Assembly: GCF_009914755.1 (NCBI RefSeq)
Contig: NC_060937.1
Reading direction: 5' to 3' (one strand)
Origin: the human T2T-CHM13v2.0 reference genome, Homo sapiens
Length of the DNA: 64,000 nucleotides
Shown here: positions 57,328-64,000 of the stretch, in pieces
Numbering within the stretch: position 1 is the first letter of the stretch
Layout of the letters: each line of letters starts with the position of its first letter
Notes under the pieces: generated by a model
Told to the model about the DNA's origin: nothing
The model's input: the letters and a program-made list of their open reading frames with translations, nothing else
The model's database searches: none
Made by a program: the position numbers and the translations under genes

Positions 57328-57669
57328 AAGTGTGGGTGATGCGAACAATGTTTATGTAATCAACTTTTGGTTAAATCCCTTCCTTAAAGATTTGAATCTT
57401 GGTCTAGAACATCACTCTGGAATGTCATATTTATTGTATCATGTAAATGTCCAATTTAACATCCTATAACCCCACGGCATATTGGGTACACGTGCGGCAC
57501 AAGTTACCTTATACTCTGAACAAGAAATGGGTCAGGAAGAATATGAGCCTTGTCCTTGCAGATTTTCTCAATTATTCGTCATCTATAATGCATATGTGTA
57601 GGGAAACTGGCAGGATGTAGAAATGAATAAAAAGAGGAAACATCTTTTTTCCTTGCTTTATATGACCAG

Positions 57670-57880
57670 CAATCAGTGCCACTGATGTAGCAAGTGCCAT
57701 GTAAACATCAGTTATTTTATTCATGTCAATGATCCTGTGTGCTAGAAATTACCTCATTTTATTTATGGGGTGACAGAGGCTCAGAGAGATTAAATAACAT
57801 GCTGGAGTCTTACATCTTGCAGGCAGCAGAGCCAGGATTTAAACTCACCCAGAGCCTGTGCTTTTCCCTGTGTGCCACGA
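57670..57880 (-). mobile_element. MIR
   Basis: CCTCATTTTA...GAGGCTCAGAGAGATTAAATAAC...GCAGAGCCAGGATTTAAAC core. Confidence 0.7.
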
Positions 57881-58001
57881 AGCCCACACACAGCAGTCCA
57901 CTCTCCTCCAGGTCCCTCACTGCATCTTCCATTCTTCTGGGCAAGGCCTGAGAGCAGAGGCCCTGAAGCCCAGGGCCCAGGCCCCTCAGGGAAGCTTCTG
58001 G

Positions 58002-58631
58002 TGTAAAGCAAAAATAAAATGCTAAGCCCCCTAACCATCTGAATGAACCCCTCTTCTTGGAATGCCAAGGGCATTCCAAAGTTAATCTGAAAAAGGAGTT
58101 CAGGCTATGATGGGAAGCAGGGGTTGGACATGCCTCAATATACCTTCCGCCCTTTTGGAATTCAGGCACAGCTGACCAGCATTAACATCAACACAGACTT
58201 TAAGTCTGATAAGAAGCATTTACAATCTATTCTCTGTGAAGCCTGCTACCTGGAGGCTTCATCTGCATGACAAAACCTGGCTCTCCACAATCCCTTATTA
58301 TAACCCAGACACTCCCTTCTATTGATTCCAGGTCTTTAGATAAAAACTCTTTCAACCAATTGCCAATCAGAAATTCTTTGAGTCTACCTGTGACCTGGAA
58401 GCCCCTGCTTCAAGTTGTCCCACCTTTCCTGACCCAACGAATGTACACCTTACCTGTATTGATTGATGTCTTAAGTCCCCCTAAAATGTATAAAACCAAG
58501 GTGTAGCCTGACTACCTTGGGCACATGTTCTCCTGACCTCCTGAGGTTGTGTCACAAGTCATTGGTCCCTCATATTTGGTCAGAATAAACCTCTTCAAAT
58601 GTTTTACAGAGCTTGACGCTTTTCGTCCACA
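58002..58631 (+). mobile_element. MER4 (MER4A-like) ERV1 solo LTR
   Basis: TGTAAAGCAAAAATAAAATGCTAAGCCCCC start, TATAAAAC, CAGAATAAACCTCTTCAAAT and terminal ...CA. Confidence 0.88.
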
Positions 58632-59448
58632 CTATGCAAAGAGAACAAGACAGGGATGGGAGATTTTGGTTCCACTTGGTGGCCAAGGCTCCTGGTTTCT
58701 AACCACATGCAGGACCAAGCTGGCACGGCCTGTCACAGCACCCACATCCCTACTGCCTTCTGGAAGCTGCTCCTTTTCCTTCAGGGCTAAGCAGGGACCC
58801 AGACCCCTTCCTTCACTGTCCTGGAGGCTCCAGCACCTGGTCACATTTCTGCTCTCAGCCTTGAAATGTGGAGGGCTCATCTCATCTTCTCAGAAAGTAA
58901 AACATGTGGCAGCCTCAGTGAGCCCATACAGTTTTCTTCAGGGCAGCCCACATGGCACCTGGCATGGTCTCCTCTCCCTCAAAGCAGGAAAGAGACCTTC
59001 TCATGGGTAAGAGAAGGCCCATGGTGGAAACACAAAGGCAGCCATCTGGCTGAGAAGGAAAAAACACTGATTCTTCCAGATGAGTCTGCAGTGGCGGAAA
59101 ACAAAGCTGGGGTGGCTTCCCCACTGCAGTGCTTAGTTCTCGGGGGGATCTGCTGCTCATTGATTTCTAACATTGCCTTCCAGTTACATCATGGAAAACA
59201 GGAAGAAAGAGGAAAAAATAGGAAAGGAAGAACAAAATGCACTGAAGCAAGAGCAGGAAGAAAGGGTAGAATGAAGCATTTAAACAGAGAGGAAGAGAAA
59301 AATAGCAATCACAGAAAGAACCAGGGAGTTTATAAAACAGGCTGCATGAAAATCATTTATCAAAACACTGTCCAGGAATTTTTGTTAAAAATAAACATAA
59401 AACAATTAGCTAGTCACAAAAAGACAAGTACTGTGGAACTCCACTCAT

Positions 59449-60141
59449 TGTTAGTCAGTGGCGAGGCAGACATGAGCAGGGCAGGAGAGGGCCCACCCCA
59501 CCAGGAACCTCTGGAGACCATCAGGTGATACTCAGGCAGTGGTTAAACTGGTTCTCTAAAATAGTAATTGGTTGCAGCTGTGCCAGGGAAAGGCGGGCTC
59601 CCAATAGCTGGAAAACACCTGAAACTGATCAGCAGCTTTCTATAAGATCTCAGGAGTGGGGCGAGGTGGCTTAGGCCTGTGCACTAAGAGGTAAAATGTA
59701 GTTTAACTGGTGTGTGACCTTCCTCCAGGAACACGAGACAGGTAAGGGCAAAATACTTCAGGTGAGCATGTGCACAACTTCAGTAATACAGCGCGCACGC
59801 GGCCCCGCCCAAGCGCTGGCAGGTCACTGCGCATGCGGACAGCCCACCCCAAGGAAAGGTCAAGGAAGGGGAAATGGAAACCCTGAACCATGCCCATGTA
59901 TAAAACCCAAAGTGGGGGGTTGTACCCTGCACTTGGATCTCTCAAGTCGCCTACTTCACCCTCTCCCAAGTGTACTTTACTTCCCTTAATTCCTGCTCTA
60001 AAGCTTTTTAATAAACTCTCAGTCCTGCTCTAAAACTCGCCTTGGCCTCTCACTCTGCACTATGCACCTCGGCCGAATTCTTTCCTCTGAGGAGGCAAGA
60101 ATCGAGTTGCTGCAGACCCTACGGATTCCCTGCTGCTAACA
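59449..60141 (+). mobile_element. MER50 ERV1 solo LTR
   Basis: TGTTAG...GGCAGACATGAGCAGGGCAGGAGAGGGCCC start, GACCATCAGGTGAT, TATAAAA 59899-59905, AATAAA 60010-60015 and ...GCTGCTAACA end. Confidence 0.85.
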
Positions 60142-60154
60142 GTATTAGTCCCTG

Positions 60155-60370
60155 GACTAATCAAATTCAGACACACAAAGTGGAATGGTGGATGCCAGGG
60201 GCTGGGGAGGGCAATGGGGAGTGAGTGCTTATTTAAGGGGGACAGAGTTCGGTCTTGCAAGATGAAGATGTTCTATTGATTGTGAAAAATGTGAATGCAC
60301 CTAAATGCCTAAAAATGGTTAAAATGGTAATCGTTATGTGTATTTTGCCACAATTTAAAAACATAAAAAA
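60155..60370 (+). mobile_element. L1MB-like 3' end
   Basis: AAAGTGGAATGGTGGATGCCAGGGGCTGGGG...AAAATGGTTAAAATGGTAA...TTTTGCCACAATTTAAAA. Confidence 0.75.
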
Positions 60371-60399
60371 TAAGAATGTCTGAGTAAATAAACGTATAA

Positions 60400-61680
<1,281 letters not shown>

Positions 61681-61823
61681 TACTAGACGAAATTCTTACA
61701 GCTCCAACCTCTTTTTTTACATTTTCTATTAAATTTTAATACCGGTTTCTCGCGCCTATGAGCAAAAAGACAAGTGTTAAAGCTAGCAATCGTTTGTGCA
61801 ATTTCATCGATTGGTTCCACCGC

Positions 61824-61857
61824 TGCACTTGCTGCTGGTGACCAATAGGGGGTGTTA
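61824..61857 (+). promoter_or_regulatory. Weaker candidate CTCF site with upstream (U) motif
   Basis: TGCACTTGC-N6-TGACCAATAGGGGGTGTTA. The core has T in place of the conserved C of GGC. Confidence 0.3.
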
Positions 61858-62074
61858 ATTGTTAATTATAATCAATATTCTGCCCACTGACAACAGCAAA
61901 TCCTAAAAGCTCAAGTTTCAACTCAATTCTTAAAACGAAGATTTAACTAGCTCCTTGAATCTTATAGGACTTTTATCACTCTCAGTGCTTCCAGTTACAG
62001 GTTCTAGTCTCAAAACTAGTTGACCTAAATGTCTTCAAATAAACTTTAAAGGATATGGATGGAGTTTTAAGCCA

Positions 62075-62725
62075 ACTTTTAACTGAAAGTATAGCATATA
62101 TATAGAAAAGCTCACAAATCATAAATGTTCAGCTGGATATACATTTTTTACAAAGGCTCACACATCCATGGGGCCAGGCCTCGGGTCAGACATAGAATCT
62201 CACCAGGGGACTCCCTCACACACTTCCCAGCCCTTATCCCACCTCAGAGAATAGCCATCTTCCGACTTGTTCCAGTGTAGATGACCCTTGCCTGTTCTAA
62301 GCTTTATATAAATGAGTTATATAATGTATCTGGATTCTTTTGCTCAGTGTTTGCTCGTGAGACTGTCCCTATTCTGAGTGCAGCCATATTATGGGGGTGT
62401 AATGTGTGCGTACTGCCCTGCAATGCAGTACTCCCCTTTATGCACACACCACGAGGGGCATCTCCAAACAGCCGCTCCCAAGCATCGGGGCTGCTTTGGG
62501 CTTGGGGCAGTGATGAACGATGCTGTTATAAACCTTCTTGTGCATGTCTTTAGGCACACATATACGCATTTCTGATTGGCATATATTTAGGAGTAGAATT
62601 GCTGGGCCATAGAGTGTGCACATACTAAACTCAGAAGATGCTGCCAAACAGGTTTCCAAAACGGTTGTACGAATTTACACTCCCACGGGCTGCATATGAG
62701 AGCTCCGTTGCTCACATTTGCTATC
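62075..62725 (-). mobile_element. L1MC/MD-like 3' fragment
   Basis: GAAAAGCTCACAAATCATAAATG...TAGGAGTAGAATTGCTGGGCCATAG...AATTTACACTCCCAC. Confidence 0.7.
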
Positions 62726-63859
62726 ATAAATGTATTTTTATTGCATGGAATTATTATAGTACTTGATGTATAGCTTTTCCAGGGTTTTCCAAAGAGTATA
62801 ATCTTAGCCAGATACTAGCAAAAGAGTAATTAAGATGTAAGAACTATGTAAATTGTAAGCACTCAGAATATGTATTTACCACGCAGGATTCTCACAGATA
62901 TCTTAAGATGCTGTTCAAATTAGGGAGGTCTATTCTTGATGCATGGAAGGTGTTGTGGATGAAATTCTTTTGCTTTATTTCTGCACAGAGTAATCTCATA
63001 GTAAGTTTAAATTACTGCAGGGATTTATCCCCAAGTCCTAACTGAGTGTCAATGTTGGGATGACAAAGACGGTCTAACCTTACACATCTGAACCAAGTCC
63101 TCATTTTCTCAGAGCCCAACAGGAGGCTGAACCCAGCGTCCCTGTCATGTCTCACCCTCTCAGAGGTGGCCTATGTAGTACCCACTCCAACATTGTTTCA
63201 GTTCTGCCCTCAAATGAAGCCAGAAGGTGATGGAGCTGTGGGAGGGGAGAGTGTAAGGTTGACAGTGTCTAAGCAAGCAGGACTTGACACAGATGACGAG
63301 GCTGTCTTTTCTATTCAGGTTCAGCTCATGAGCACTGGAGAGTTATAGAAACTTCTAGAATCAGCAGAATAGTTAAATTCACTCTCCTTTAATGCAAATG
63401 AAGAATGTCTTTCCTGGACTTCAGGAGTCACACTTCTCTTATGCCAGCTTCCTCTGAGAATTCCAGATATTCTCTGAGTAGAGGTGAATCTTCTGCCGGG
63501 TCTTCTGAAAGAGACCCCACCTCTCATCATGGGCTGCTCCTGACCTCTGCCCCCTGTGATAAATGAGCCAATTAACACTAAACTGGAGATTCCTCAGGGG
63601 TTTTAGGCTGGTTTTCCCAAGCCAAGTGTTACTCCTCAAATGTTCTCCATTCATCTTGTAGAAAGGGCCATGTTTGCAGGATTCCCAGCTCGCACGCAGT
63701 GGGTGATTGGTGGCTGTGGACAGAGCTTCAGGCCTGCAAAGATCTGATCGAGCAGAGCCAGGTTCTAGCAGGTGCTACCTAAATGAGTTGATTAGAGCAC
63801 GCTTTCTGGAACCAAAATAAAAAATGAATTGTTCCTATTGTTTTAAAGTTAGTTGTAAT

Positions 63860-64000
63860 GAAGAATTCATTTAATTTTGTTGTGGTAAAATATCCATAAT
63901 CTGAAATTTACCGCTTAACCATTCTTAGGTGCACAGTTCAGTGGCATTAAGTGCATTTACATTGTTTCTTGTGCAACCATCACTATACTGTCTTCCTTCT
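63860..64000 (-). mobile_element. L1MB-like 3' end running off the window
   Basis: TTGTGGTAAAATATCCATAA...CAGTTCAGTGGCATTAAGTGCATTTACATTG...GTGCAACCATCAC. Confidence 0.75.

Noticed and set aside
58866-59528. 220-aa ORF
   Set aside because: Non-ATG start, no recognisable domain, includes a purine-rich low-complexity part and ends inside MER50.
63060-63800. Unique segment with short ORFs on both strands
   Set aside because: No recognisable protein, RNA or TE similarity.

Overview
Primate nuclear DNA (Alu J/S/Y elements and a young L1PA2-like insertion point to a hominoid, probably human or great ape). It is repeat-rich and apparently intergenic or intronic. I could not support any intact protein-coding gene, tRNA, rRNA or CRISPR array. 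The listed ORFs are transposon remnants (Hsmar2 transposase, L1 ORF1/ORF2, ERVL gag/protease), tandem-repeat artefacts or chance ORFs. Notable structure: (1) a four-level nested insertion at 11.4-16.2 kb, with a target-site duplication (TSD) at each of its three insertion junctions, containing an unidentified CpG-rich retrocopy split by a young L1; (2) a 27-bp VNTR seeded inside a MER39-like LTR that forms an array of eight TCACGTGA E-box palindromes; (3) a 42-bp VNTR seeded in ERVL gag; (4) an Alu with a fold-back inverted duplication; (5) six ERV1-class solo LTRs (MER39, LTR17, LTR10, LTR7, MER4, MER50) within about 14 kb before a CpG island, bracketed by candidate CTCF motifs. Repeat family names come from my recall of consensus sequences and need Dfam/RepeatMasker confirmation. 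Boundaries of old L1M/L2/MIR/MLT fragments are approximate.
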